A DNA stretch of 64,000 bases from Lentimicrobiaceae bacterium (lineage in GTDB: Bacteria > Bacteroidota > Bacteroidia > Bacteroidales > F082). Within the stretch, counting starts at the first letter, position 1, and each line of letters begins with the position of its first letter. The notes below the pieces were generated by a model. It ran no database searches and had not been told where the DNA came from. It saw only the letters and a program-made list of their open reading frames with translations. This document shows positions 55,932 through 64,000 of the stretch, one piece after another. Both the position numbers and the translations under genes were made by a program. The stretch spans positions 8,424 through 72,423 of the forward strand of contig JABJIE010000015.1 in the NCBI GenBank assembly GCA_018661505.1, given 5' to 3'.

Positions 55932-58151
55932 TTATTCAATTACCTTATCGTTGTGAGAATTAACAAAAAGGATGGTGCCAGTTTTATCAAAACCATTGAA
56001 GGTATCTCCTTTCTTGACGGAGTCTTCATGAAATCCCAATATAACTAATCCTGCGTCTCCCGATTTATCATTAACAAGTTTCTTAGTGCTTAAATCATGG
56101 TCTTGGGGTATAATCTCAATATTATTTGATGTTACTGGCAGCCGACCTGATTTTATAAGATCTTTCATTTTGATACGACTTTCCGCTTCCAGATCAGGAG
56201 GGCATACATCAAAAATTCTTATGTCTGTTTTTTTCCAGTCGGGATGGCCCAAAATAATAAACCCAAGTAATATCATCAAATTGGCATTTGAGGAATCCGA
56301 TGAGGATATCCAAATATGAATTCCATTTTTATAGTTTACATTTCTCTTGCTAGTAGCAAGTATAAGAACATCAAAATTACCGGCGTTAACAAGAGCGAAA
56401 TTGTCAACAATATGTTCCAAATTACCCGGTTTATCTTTGTCAAATTCAAATATCACCATATTATTTTCCATTCCTGCAATTCCTGGTATTTGAATGGATT
56501 GTGCAATTGCAGAGGTATAGGAGGGTGATATGATGGTATCTAGATAAACATGGCTCCCAGTTTTGCGTATAATTTTATTTATTCTTAACAATTCATCTTC
56601 AGCTTGTTCGCGGGTTGCTTTTGAATAATAACCCTCTATTCTGTGGAGGTATGTGCCAAATCCATACTTATAAGATATCCAGTTTAATAGCGTAAGTGCC
56701 ATGTTTCTTTCAAAAGTACTTTTAGATATACATATTGCACTAGGTCTCCATTCATGATAGGCTCTTTTTCGTCTTTTGCGCTGTAGAAATACCTGTAAAT
56801 TTCTATTTAATTGAAATATTGCATTTGAAAATATTGAAACGAAACCCTTGCGTTTTTTGTGATAGCTATTTATATAAAAATACAGACTAGTCATAATTAT
56901 GAATGCTAGCATAGCATAAAAGGTATTTATTTTAAACATTACCCATAATGAAATGATAAAACCTAAAAGTGATAAATACCATTTACTATTATACGATGGT
57001 CGATATGATGGTGATGATCCAAAATGGTTCAAAAAAGAAATTAGACAAAGTGCACCATATGTTAACATAAAAAACATAGATATAATCTCTGCAACGGAAT
57101 TCACATTACCCAATGAAATAAAAGCAATTGCAATTATCAAAGTAATTATGGAGCTATTTATTGGTTCGTTATCATTGTTTCTTCCGTGAGCAAGCCATTT
57201 ATTTAATTTCTTACTAGGAAAAGCATTATCTGAAGCAAGCGCCTGCAAAGTTCTTGGTGCCACCATAATGGATCCCAGTGCTGATGAAATTGTAGATGCA
57301 GCAAGTCCAAGTGGTATAATCCAACTTCCTTCTATGGCTATATTTCCCATTACAAACTGATTATTTACCAACTCCTCTGGGCTTGCGCTAACCGAAAGTT
57401 TGTATGAAATAAAAAAGTAGATAATCATTCCGAAAAATGCTGCGGCTATGGTGCCAATGGGGATGGATTTGGATGGATTCTTCAAGTCACCAGATAAGCC
57501 TACTCCTGCTGTTATACCTGTAAACGCTGGAAATATTATAGCAAAGACAAGAAAAAAATCGTTACTGTTTCTAAAGTCCACATTTAAGAAACTAAAATCT
57601 GAATTTGCTGCAGCATCTCCATTTCCAGCGAAGAATAACCCAAGTGATATAAATAGTATTGCCACAACAAAATATAGTGCCTTAACTCCTAAATTAGCAC
57701 CTTTAATTAAAATTACCATACCAAGTATTAGTATCGATGGTAAACTTATGGCTTGTCGTGGCAAATTAATTTCATAAACCTTCTCAACATACTCAAAAAA
57801 GAACTGAAATGATTCTGTAAATGCAATTACATAGAAGGCGACACTAATTGCCTGAGAAAGAAAAAGCGCTATGCCAATAGTGGCTCCAATGTTTAACCCA
57901 AAGGATCTTGAAATTATAAAATATTCTCCGCCACCTTCAACTCTCTTATTACTAGCAATCTCTGAAATGGCTAATGCTGTTGGAATTGTGACCAGATGTC
58001 CTAGAATTATTATTGCTATAACACCCCAAAAACCTAAAGTGCCTACTGCAAAACCAAACCTCAGAAATAAGATTGCCCCTAATATTGTTGAAATTGCAGT
58101 AAAGAATACAGGTGCTGTACCAAATTTACCTGAAATTGTTTTCCTTGCCAT
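55932..58151 (-). CDS. APC-superfamily permease with a large cytoplasmic C-terminal domain (SLC12 / cation-chloride-cotransporter-like)
   Basis: 739 aa. About 12 TM with 'GTAPVFFTAISTILGAILFLRFG' (the SLC12-type TM1 motif), then about 280 aa of soluble alpha/beta domain. Confidence 0.75.
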   Translation of the reverse strand: MARKTISGKFGTAPVFFTAISTILGAILFLRFGFAVGTLGFWGVIAIIILGHLVTIPTALAISEIASNKRVEGGGEYFIISRSFGLNIGATIGIALFLSQAISVAFYVIAFTESFQFFFEYVEKVYEINLPRQAISLPSILILGMVILIKGANLGVKALYFVVAILFISLGLFFAGNGDAAANSDFSFLNVDFRNSNDFFLVFAIIFPAFTGITAGVGLSGDLKNPSKSIPIGTIAAAFFGMIIYFFISYKLSVSASPEELVNNQFVMGNIAIEGSWIIPLGLAASTISSALGSIMVAPRTLQALASDNAFPSKKLNKWLAHGRNNDNEPINSSIITLIIAIAFISLGNVNSVAEIISMFFMLTYGALCLISFLNHFGSSPSYRPSYNSKWYLSLLGFIISLWVMFKINTFYAMLAFIIMTSLYFYINSYHKKRKGFVSIFSNAIFQLNRNLQVFLQRKRRKRAYHEWRPSAICISKSTFERNMALTLLNWISYKYGFGTYLHRIEGYYSKATREQAEDELLRINKIIRKTGSHVYLDTIISPSYTSAIAQSIQIPGIAGMENNMVIFEFDKDKPGNLEHIVDNFALVNAGNFDVLILATSKRNVNYKNGIHIWISSSDSSNANLMILLGFIILGHPDWKKTDIRIFDVCPPDLEAESRIKMKDLIKSGRLPVTSNNIEIIPQDHDLSTKKLVNDKSGDAGLVILGFHEDSVKKGDTFNGFDKTGTILFVNSHNDKVIE

Positions 58152-58309
58152 TTTTAATTTATTTTTCAGATACTAACAAAGATAGAATTTTATGTATTCA
58201 TTAAGGATTACGAAAATCATGGACTGCCAAAAAAGTACAATTCAATATAAATCATACTTGATGTAAAGTATTCACTTCAGTTGTTTCATAGGTGAAAGAT
58301 GATAACAGA

Positions 58310-59695
58310 CTATTTGTGAACATCTTTTATGAATTCATCTACTTCGGGAACTCCACCCTGATAAACAAGATACCCATTGTATGGTTCACGTAAAGTTATT
58401 TCATCATTTACAGGAGTTAGCATAAGTTTCTTTACTTCCTCAGGGTCATCAGTTTGACCAAGAACCCAACTTAACTTTACCCATGCAACTTCTGGTAACA
58501 TATTACCTGCTGGTATAATTCCCTTTGCCATCATATCCCGTCCTGTATCATAAACAAACATATGAACATAACCCCAGATAGTTTGGAGAGTCATAAACAT
58601 ATGTATACCTTTTTCATGGGCTCTTTCAATTGCTGGATAAAGCTCTTTGTTAACATGCCCAAGTCCCGTACCGACAAAAATAATACCCTTATAACCTGAA
58701 TCTACAAGTGCATCAATAGTATCTGGAGCCATGCCTGGATAATAATATAACATGGTTACTTTATCACTAAAATAAGGTAGAATATTTACGTTCTTATCAT
58801 TACGTCGTTTGTTGTAGTTCTTTTTTATGGGGATAATCTCTTCTCTGTTTATTCTTGCAAGTGGTGTATCTCCGATGGTTCTAAATGTTGACCTATAAGA
58901 AGAGTGCATTTTTCTTACTCGTGTTCCCTTATGCAATAATCCGTATTCATCAGATGTTGGGCCAAACATACAGACTTGCACTTCTGCCATATCAGATTGC
59001 CCAGCTGCTTTCATGGCATGCATAAGATTAAGTGCGGCGTCAGAACTAGGTCTATCTGAAGATCTTTGCGAACCAACAAGAATAATTGGTATTGGCAGGT
59101 TCTGGCACATAAAAGTAAGTGCTGCACCTGTGTGATGTAATGTATCTGTACCATGCCCTATTACAATTCCATCAACTCCTTTCTTTATTTCTTTTCCAAT
59201 TGCCTTGGCAAGTGCTAAATACTGTTTTGGCCCCATATTTTCACTAAAAACAGCAAATATTTTCTCGGTTTCTAGATTGCAAATATCAGCAAGCTCTGGT
59301 ACCGCACCATAAAGCTCTCCTGGAGAGAATGCGGGAATTACAGCTCCCGTTCTATAATCAAGTCTTGACGCTATTGTGCCACCAGTTCCAAATAACTTTA
59401 CTTTTGGAAGACCCTTTGTGTAGGGAAAATCTTTTTCAGGTATTTTATAATTAGCCTTTTTATAACCGGTTTCTTTCATGCTTAAAATCGTACGGGTATC
59501 TATGCCTATATTATATCCTGTTATTATCTTTATAACAATGTGCTTATCATCGTCATTCTCGGATCTAGGTAGCACTGTACCCTCAAAACTTCCGCGGGTT
59601 GTCTCAGCAGATACAGCTCCCCAAACTCTAACTTTGTATTTCTTAAGTAGCTCTAAAGCCTCACCTTTGTACCCTTGAAAAATATCGTTGTCCAT
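58310..59695 (-). CDS. gatD: Glu-tRNA(Gln) amidotransferase subunit D (archaeal-type GatD; asparaginase-fold glutaminase)
   Basis: 461 aa. GatD-specific N-terminal domain (..FEGTVLPRSENDDDKHIVIKIITGYNIGID). 'GTGGTIASRLDYRTGAV', 'HGTDTLHHTGAAL', 'GSQRSSDRPSSDAALNL', 'VRKMHSSYRSTF', 'LPEVAWVKLSWVLGQTDDPEEV'. It lies 2 nt downstream of gatE. Confidence 0.9.
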   Translation of the reverse strand: MDNDIFQGYKGEALELLKKYKVRVWGAVSAETTRGSFEGTVLPRSENDDDKHIVIKIITGYNIGIDTRTILSMKETGYKKANYKIPEKDFPYTKGLPKVKLFGTGGTIASRLDYRTGAVIPAFSPGELYGAVPELADICNLETEKIFAVFSENMGPKQYLALAKAIGKEIKKGVDGIVIGHGTDTLHHTGAALTFMCQNLPIPIILVGSQRSSDRPSSDAALNLMHAMKAAGQSDMAEVQVCMFGPTSDEYGLLHKGTRVRKMHSSYRSTFRTIGDTPLARINREEIIPIKKNYNKRRNDKNVNILPYFSDKVTMLYYYPGMAPDTIDALVDSGYKGIIFVGTGLGHVNKELYPAIERAHEKGIHMFMTLQTIWGYVHMFVYDTGRDMMAKGIIPAGNMLPEVAWVKLSWVLGQTDDPEEVKKLMLTPVNDEITLREPYNGYLVYQGGVPEVDEFIKDVHK

Positions 59696-59697
59696 AA

Positions 59698-61635
59698 TTA
59701 AACCTCTTTACTTAAGTCAGTTAATTCAATATTCCCGATTGCTATATTTCTTAGCTTTCCCATAACCCAATTCTTTCTTTTGATATTGGAAATTATTTCT
59801 TTACCCTCGGAAAACTTTTCATTTAGCAAGGGTAGTTTTGATAGTATTTCTTTTTTTGAGTATTTTTTGAAATTCATACTGGTGAGGATGGATTCAAAAT
59901 CCATCTGAGGATGCATAATAAGTTCTGGCAGCATCTTTTCTGCCAACTCAAAAGTTATTCCTTTACTTTTTAAGTATTTGAAAAGTTTAAATATTCTTTC
60001 AAAATTAAACTGTTCAGGACCCTGGTAATGTCCAACTGCAAACTTAACCTCGTGGCCAAAAAACGCGCATACATATTTGGGATTTACACCAATTTTATCA
60101 ACGATTTTAGTTATTATGGGAAAAAGATTTTTGGAAAATATGTACGTATAAACTTCCTCATTAACTCCCCATTCCTTTAATATCTTATAGTTATCAATTA
60201 CATCTGTAGGCAGGTTTTTATTTAGATTATTCAAATAGTTGTCGTCAAGAGGTATGGGTGCTGAATCAGTATCTGGATACATTCGATCTGCTCCTGGTAG
60301 GACACGCTCAAATATTGTTGTTCCATCTTCAAATGACTTTCTTGTTTCATTTGGAACTCCAGTAAGTGCCAATTTACATCTTTCTTCAACTGTTTCTATA
60401 GCAGTTGAAATATCATCTTCATTTGCCCATATGATTATTTGAGAATCTTCCTTCGACGCCTTAAGTCTTGTTTGGACCAATTTCCAGTGTTTTTCAGAGA
60501 GTATTGACTCAAATTCTTCTGAATGGGCCATGTTAGGTTTTTCAATGCATGCTATTACCTTTAACCTGGTAGATATTTCATCTGCAAACATTTGTCCCGG
60601 TTGAGTAAAATAGGAAAGAGCACCCTTAAATCCAGGAAGGTTTATGGCAATAATGGTTTCTTTTTCCTCCAATTCTGGTAAAATAGATAATATGTCTTTT
60701 ACACCCACCGAACTTACTTTCCATCCTTTAATGTTGTTTAAGTTTGCGGAAAGCATATCTCTTATTTGTAACAAAGCCCATTGACGAAATACCTCATTGT
60801 GGGTTAATTCGGGGATCCACTTTGTGTGCGCTACACCTTTTATTTCAACACGACTGCCACCTCTACAACTTACATTAACATCTTGTCTTCCTGCTCCCAT
60901 TCCTGTTCTTACATTTCCAGTACTCCTGTTTAAAAACCTGATATAGTCACAACCATCTTTTACTTCATCAGGATTTTTAAAATCAGGATAGGTAACAGTT
61001 TCAATCAATGGCATCCCAAGTCTGTCGGTTTTATAAACACGAACATGTCCCACATCGCTAATCTCTCGGCATGAATCTTCTTCAATACTTAATTGTATTA
61101 ACCGTATTTTTTTAGATGGGAGTTCGAGTTCTCCCTCTACACCCAATATCGCTGTACGCTGAAAACCAGCAGGGATACTTCCGTCGAGGTATTGCTTGCG
61201 TGTAATGTGAACCTCTCCAACAATATTTAGTTTCGATAATAAAGATATTTCCAATGCCTTCTCCAATGCATCCACGTTAATCGGAAAAGGAGGAGTATCA
61301 TCGATTTCATAGGTACATGCATTTTCATTATTTATTCGATATACAATTTCCTTTCTTGTTTTAAATTCCATTAATGCTGTTCCATCATATTCTCCAAGTT
61401 CACTTAAAGTTGGTCGCATATGCCTGATTAGCTCAGCATTGTAATCATCGTGTTCATGAAATATTCCTGCTGGACAATGACAAAAGAGCTTTTCACTTGT
61501 AAGTAACTGCTGGTGTACTTCCAATCCAGACATAAAACCCAAAGCATCATATGTCTCTTGAGTTGCATCTATTCGAGGAACATAACCAACCTTTTTCTTG
61601 CTTATTTCATAATTGGACTTTGAATTAAAGCTCAT
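59698..61635 (-). CDS. gatE: Glu-tRNA(Gln) amidotransferase subunit E (archaeal-type GatE)
   Basis: 645 aa. 'GLEVHQQLLTSEKLFCHCP', 'RPTLSELGEYD', 'DDTPPFPIN', 'FQRTAILG', 'IEEDSCRE', 'DRLGMPLIETVT', 'GAGRQDVNVSCRGGSRVEIKGV'. It has an inserted domain and a YqeY/GatB-like tail. It is about 160 aa longer than GatB and is paired with GatD rather than GatA. Confidence 0.85.
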   Translation of the reverse strand: MSFNSKSNYEISKKKVGYVPRIDATQETYDALGFMSGLEVHQQLLTSEKLFCHCPAGIFHEHDDYNAELIRHMRPTLSELGEYDGTALMEFKTRKEIVYRINNENACTYEIDDTPPFPINVDALEKALEISLLSKLNIVGEVHITRKQYLDGSIPAGFQRTAILGVEGELELPSKKIRLIQLSIEEDSCREISDVGHVRVYKTDRLGMPLIETVTYPDFKNPDEVKDGCDYIRFLNRSTGNVRTGMGAGRQDVNVSCRGGSRVEIKGVAHTKWIPELTHNEVFRQWALLQIRDMLSANLNNIKGWKVSSVGVKDILSILPELEEKETIIAINLPGFKGALSYFTQPGQMFADEISTRLKVIACIEKPNMAHSEEFESILSEKHWKLVQTRLKASKEDSQIIIWANEDDISTAIETVEERCKLALTGVPNETRKSFEDGTTIFERVLPGADRMYPDTDSAPIPLDDNYLNNLNKNLPTDVIDNYKILKEWGVNEEVYTYIFSKNLFPIITKIVDKIGVNPKYVCAFFGHEVKFAVGHYQGPEQFNFERIFKLFKYLKSKGITFELAEKMLPELIMHPQMDFESILTSMNFKKYSKKEILSKLPLLNEKFSEGKEIISNIKRKNWVMGKLRNIAIGNIELTDLSKEV

Positions 61636-61811
61636 TATATCAGTTGTTATTATTGTTTCATGTAAAAGTTCAAATTTAAGAAAAATGCCTTGGGAGATAT
61701 CCTAATTTTTGAAAACTTTTATATCCTAATTTCAATTTAGATTTGACCTTTTTAATCAAATATCAATGGATATTTAAATCCAATTTCAATAAAGTTTCTA
61801 AATATTACGTT

Positions 61812-61819
61812 TATTTTTG
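61812..61819 (+). promoter_or_regulatory. Candidate -7 box (TATTTTTG) for the OstA-like gene
   Basis: Matches TAnnTTTG about 37 nt upstream of the GTG/ATG start region. Confidence 0.35.
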
Positions 61820-61855
61820 TGGCAATTGGTTTTTGTATATTAATTATTTCACCTA

Positions 61856-63391
61856 GTGAAGATGTTTATGAACGCAGAATTATTGAAAAATCTAAAGATA
61901 ACCTTACTTATTATTATGGTTATCATCAGTATTTCTTCATATGCGCAACAAAAGTCGCGTGTGATTATTGAGCATGCAGATTCCTACAGGTATAATGCTC
62001 GTATTGATAAGGATGTACAAAGATTAATAGGTAATGTTGTCATACGACAGGATTCCACATTATTTTATTGTGATAGCGCATACATCAATGAAATAAAAAA
62101 TAGCTTTGAAGCATTTAATAATGTTCACATAAAAGTAAATGATACTATTGATGTTTATGGTGATAGACTTTTATATGATGGCAATACCAGAATAGCGGAA
62201 TTATTTGATAGTGTTAAGCTCGTAGATAAAAACACCATTCTTCGTACGAACCACTTGATATATAACAGACTAACTAAAACGGCATTTTATGATATAGGTG
62301 GAATTATTGAAAATGGCGACAATATTTTAAATAGTCTCATAGGAATATATTATACTAAAATTCGCACTTTTCATTTTAGGAAAGATGTAGTTTTAACAAA
62401 CCCAGATCAAGAAACATATTCTGATACTCTCATATACAATACCAATAATGAAACTGCATATTTCCATGGACCAACTTTGATTAGAGGCGAGGAGAGTATG
62501 ATATATTGCGAGGATGGATGGTACGATACAAAAAATGATATCTCGAAGCTTAAAAAAAGACCGTCAATAACAAATGATGAACAGAAAATAAGTGCTGATA
62601 GTATTTTATACAATAATAAAACCATGTTTGGTAAGGCCATGGGGTCCGTATTGATTGAAGATACCCTGCGTAAGGTAATTTTATCAGGTAAAAAGGGCGA
62701 GTTATGGGATAAGCTTGGCAAATCATATGTTACGGATAGTGCAGTAGCAATAACATATGACGCGAGGGATTCATTGTATATACATTCGGATACAATGTGG
62801 ATGTTTTTTGATGAAGAGAGAAAAGCAAAGTACATGCAGGCCTACTATAATGTTAGGTTTTATAGAAATAATTTGCAAGGCAAATGTGATTCGCTTGCAT
62901 ATAGTATGTCTGATTCAACCATAAGGATGTATTATAAACCAGTTATGTGGTCTGGAAAAAATCAACTTACAGCTGATTCCATTACAATAATTGTATCGGG
63001 GAATAAGATTGACTCATTAATGATGTATAATACAGCATTTATTGTTTCTCGTGATTCAACAAAATCATTTAATCAAATAAGAGGTAAAAACATGGTTGCA
63101 TATTTTGATAAAAATTCTCTTTCCAGGATTGATGTAAATGGAAATGCTCAAACTGTTTATTATGTAAGAGAAGAGGATGGTAATTTGATTGGGGTTGACT
63201 TGGCAGAAGCAAGTAGAATGAAAATTAGATTAAGAGATAGTGAAATACAAACAATTACTTATCATTTATCTGTAAATGAAGATATGTTCCCAGAAAAAGA
63301 TCTCACGGAAAAAGAAACCCGCCTAAAAGACTTTAGCTGGTTAGAAAGCGATAGACCAATAAGTAAGAATGATATTTTTCCAAAGAAGTAA
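61856..63391 (+). CDS. Periplasmic OstA/LptA-like repeat protein
   Basis: 511 aa with a signal-anchor (ITLLIIMVIISISSYAQ). It contains repeated OstA_N-type beta-jellyroll units ('LIGNVVIRQDSTLFYCDSAYI', 'FRKDVVLTNPDQETYSDTLIYN', 'AMGSVLIEDT..'). The start could be the GTG at 61856 or the ATG at 61862. Confidence 0.6.
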   Translation: MKMFMNAELLKNLKITLLIIMVIISISSYAQQKSRVIIEHADSYRYNARIDKDVQRLIGNVVIRQDSTLFYCDSAYINEIKNSFEAFNNVHIKVNDTIDVYGDRLLYDGNTRIAELFDSVKLVDKNTILRTNHLIYNRLTKTAFYDIGGIIENGDNILNSLIGIYYTKIRTFHFRKDVVLTNPDQETYSDTLIYNTNNETAYFHGPTLIRGEESMIYCEDGWYDTKNDISKLKKRPSITNDEQKISADSILYNNKTMFGKAMGSVLIEDTLRKVILSGKKGELWDKLGKSYVTDSAVAITYDARDSLYIHSDTMWMFFDEERKAKYMQAYYNVRFYRNNLQGKCDSLAYSMSDSTIRMYYKPVMWSGKNQLTADSITIIVSGNKIDSLMMYNTAFIVSRDSTKSFNQIRGKNMVAYFDKNSLSRIDVNGNAQTVYYVREEDGNLIGVDLAEASRMKIRLRDSEIQTITYHLSVNEDMFPEKDLTEKETRLKDFSWLESDRPISKNDIFPKK

Positions 63392-63393
63392 TT

Positions 63394-64000
63394 CTAGAAA
63401 AGGGAGAACCTTACGTAACGTTTAGGGTTTTTCCTAACATCAAGAAGCAGAGAATCTAATGCTGATGCTGACCTATTTAGTTCTAGGTATAAACTATCAT
63501 CATTCATTAGTTTACCCAGCGTACCATCTCCAGAATCAATTTTTGCTAATATTGAACTCATCTCATCCAATGCTAAGTTTATCCTGGCAAATGTTCCAGG
63601 GATCTCAGAGTTAGCCAATGAATCGCTGATAATTTCAAAATTTGTTATAATATTTTGAATATTTCCTTTATTGGCATTTAAAGCAGTTGTTAAAGAATCC
63701 ATATTAATTAGAATGTCAGAAATTCTAGATGATTCTTCCACCACTAATGTGTCAATATTTGATGATGTACGTTGAAGGTTTGCAAAAGTTAGCTCAATAT
63801 TTTGAAAACTTTCTTTGATATTAGTTCTAGCTTGTTCATTAAATATAGATTGAAATGCAATCACCAATGTGTCAATGGATCCCAAAAGATCTTCGGCCTT
63901 TTTCTTTATTGGTTGCATTTGTGCATTTACTTCTTCCATTAATCCACCCTCAACACTAGATTGAAGTGTATCGCCTTCCATTAGAATGGTAGGAGAATTT
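63394..64000 (-). CDS. MlaD/MCE-family protein, C-terminal part. The gene continues past the right edge of the window.
   Basis: The open frame runs to the window end. It has a long helical Ser/Asn/Leu-rich region with the conserved tail 'GDGTLGKLMNDDSLY..L......L..LL.D.RKNPKRYVRFSLF'. Confidence 0.6.
   Translation of the reverse strand, partial: NSPTILMEGDTLQSSVEGGLMEEVNAQMQPIKKKAEDLLGSIDTLVIAFQSIFNEQARTNIKESFQNIELTFANLQRTSSNIDTLVVEESSRISDILINMDSLTTALNANKGNIQNIITNFEIISDSLANSEIPGTFARINLALDEMSSILAKIDSGDGTLGKLMNDDSLYLELNRSASALDSLLLDVRKNPKRYVRFSLF

Noticed and set aside
58310-59695. Reading the 461-aa protein as an ordinary type-I L-asparaginase
   Set aside because: It has the extra about 90-aa GatD N-terminal domain and the GatD-specific C-terminal block LPEVAWVKLSWVLGQTDDPE. 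It is also translationally coupled to a GatE-type partner.

Overview
AT-rich, densely packed chromosomal segment that I assign to a Bacteroidota bacterium. The basis is four proteins ending in T9SS C-terminal sorting domains, a gldE/gldD pair, LptD/OstA-type envelope genes, TAnnTTTG-type -7 promoter boxes and no obvious Shine-Dalgarno sequences. I can support about 56 protein-coding genes, including 2 that run off the window edges and 1 tiny gene absent from the ORF track. There are also 3 tRNA genes (Arg-CCT, Phe-GAA, Leu-CAA), several hairpin terminators and some candidate operators. I saw no rRNA, CRISPR array, transposase, integrase or phage gene. The window is mostly core genome. Blocks from left to right: queG-ruvB; SPOR/Usp; rng; HU plus a tiny basic peptide; ssb-gldE-gldD; M64 peptidase next to an RND efflux operon; long-form pta; rluB-like; two T9SS cargo proteins (CotH-LTD and DUF1566); truncated globin; a complete molybdenum-cofactor operon (moeA, modE-N-like, tauE, moaD, moeB, moaE, moaCB, moaA); an envelope array (lptD-like, CNNM, lptC-like, TPR, OM barrel, coaX); recO; lipB-lipA; S8 protease; a photolyase/SRPBCC/CIA30/DUF4397/fasciclin array divergent from a MerR-B12 regulator; rlmN; ltaE; an SLC12-like permease; gatD-gatE; OstA-like; mlaD-like. 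The most unusual items are: (1) an archaeal-type GatD/GatE amidotransferase operon in a bacterial context; (2) a two-TM protein joining an extracytoplasmic sensor-like domain to a cytoplasmic AlbA_2/Schlafen-like domain; (3) a CarH/LitR-type B12 photoreceptor regulator facing a five-gene array that mixes photolyase with secreted and lipoprotein components; (4) a Mop-less ModE-like regulator inside the Moco operon, with a near-perfect 32-bp palindrome over the operon promoter; (5) an unannotated 29-aa ultra-basic bS22-like ORF. All functional calls come from reading motifs in the supplied translations. No database search was run.
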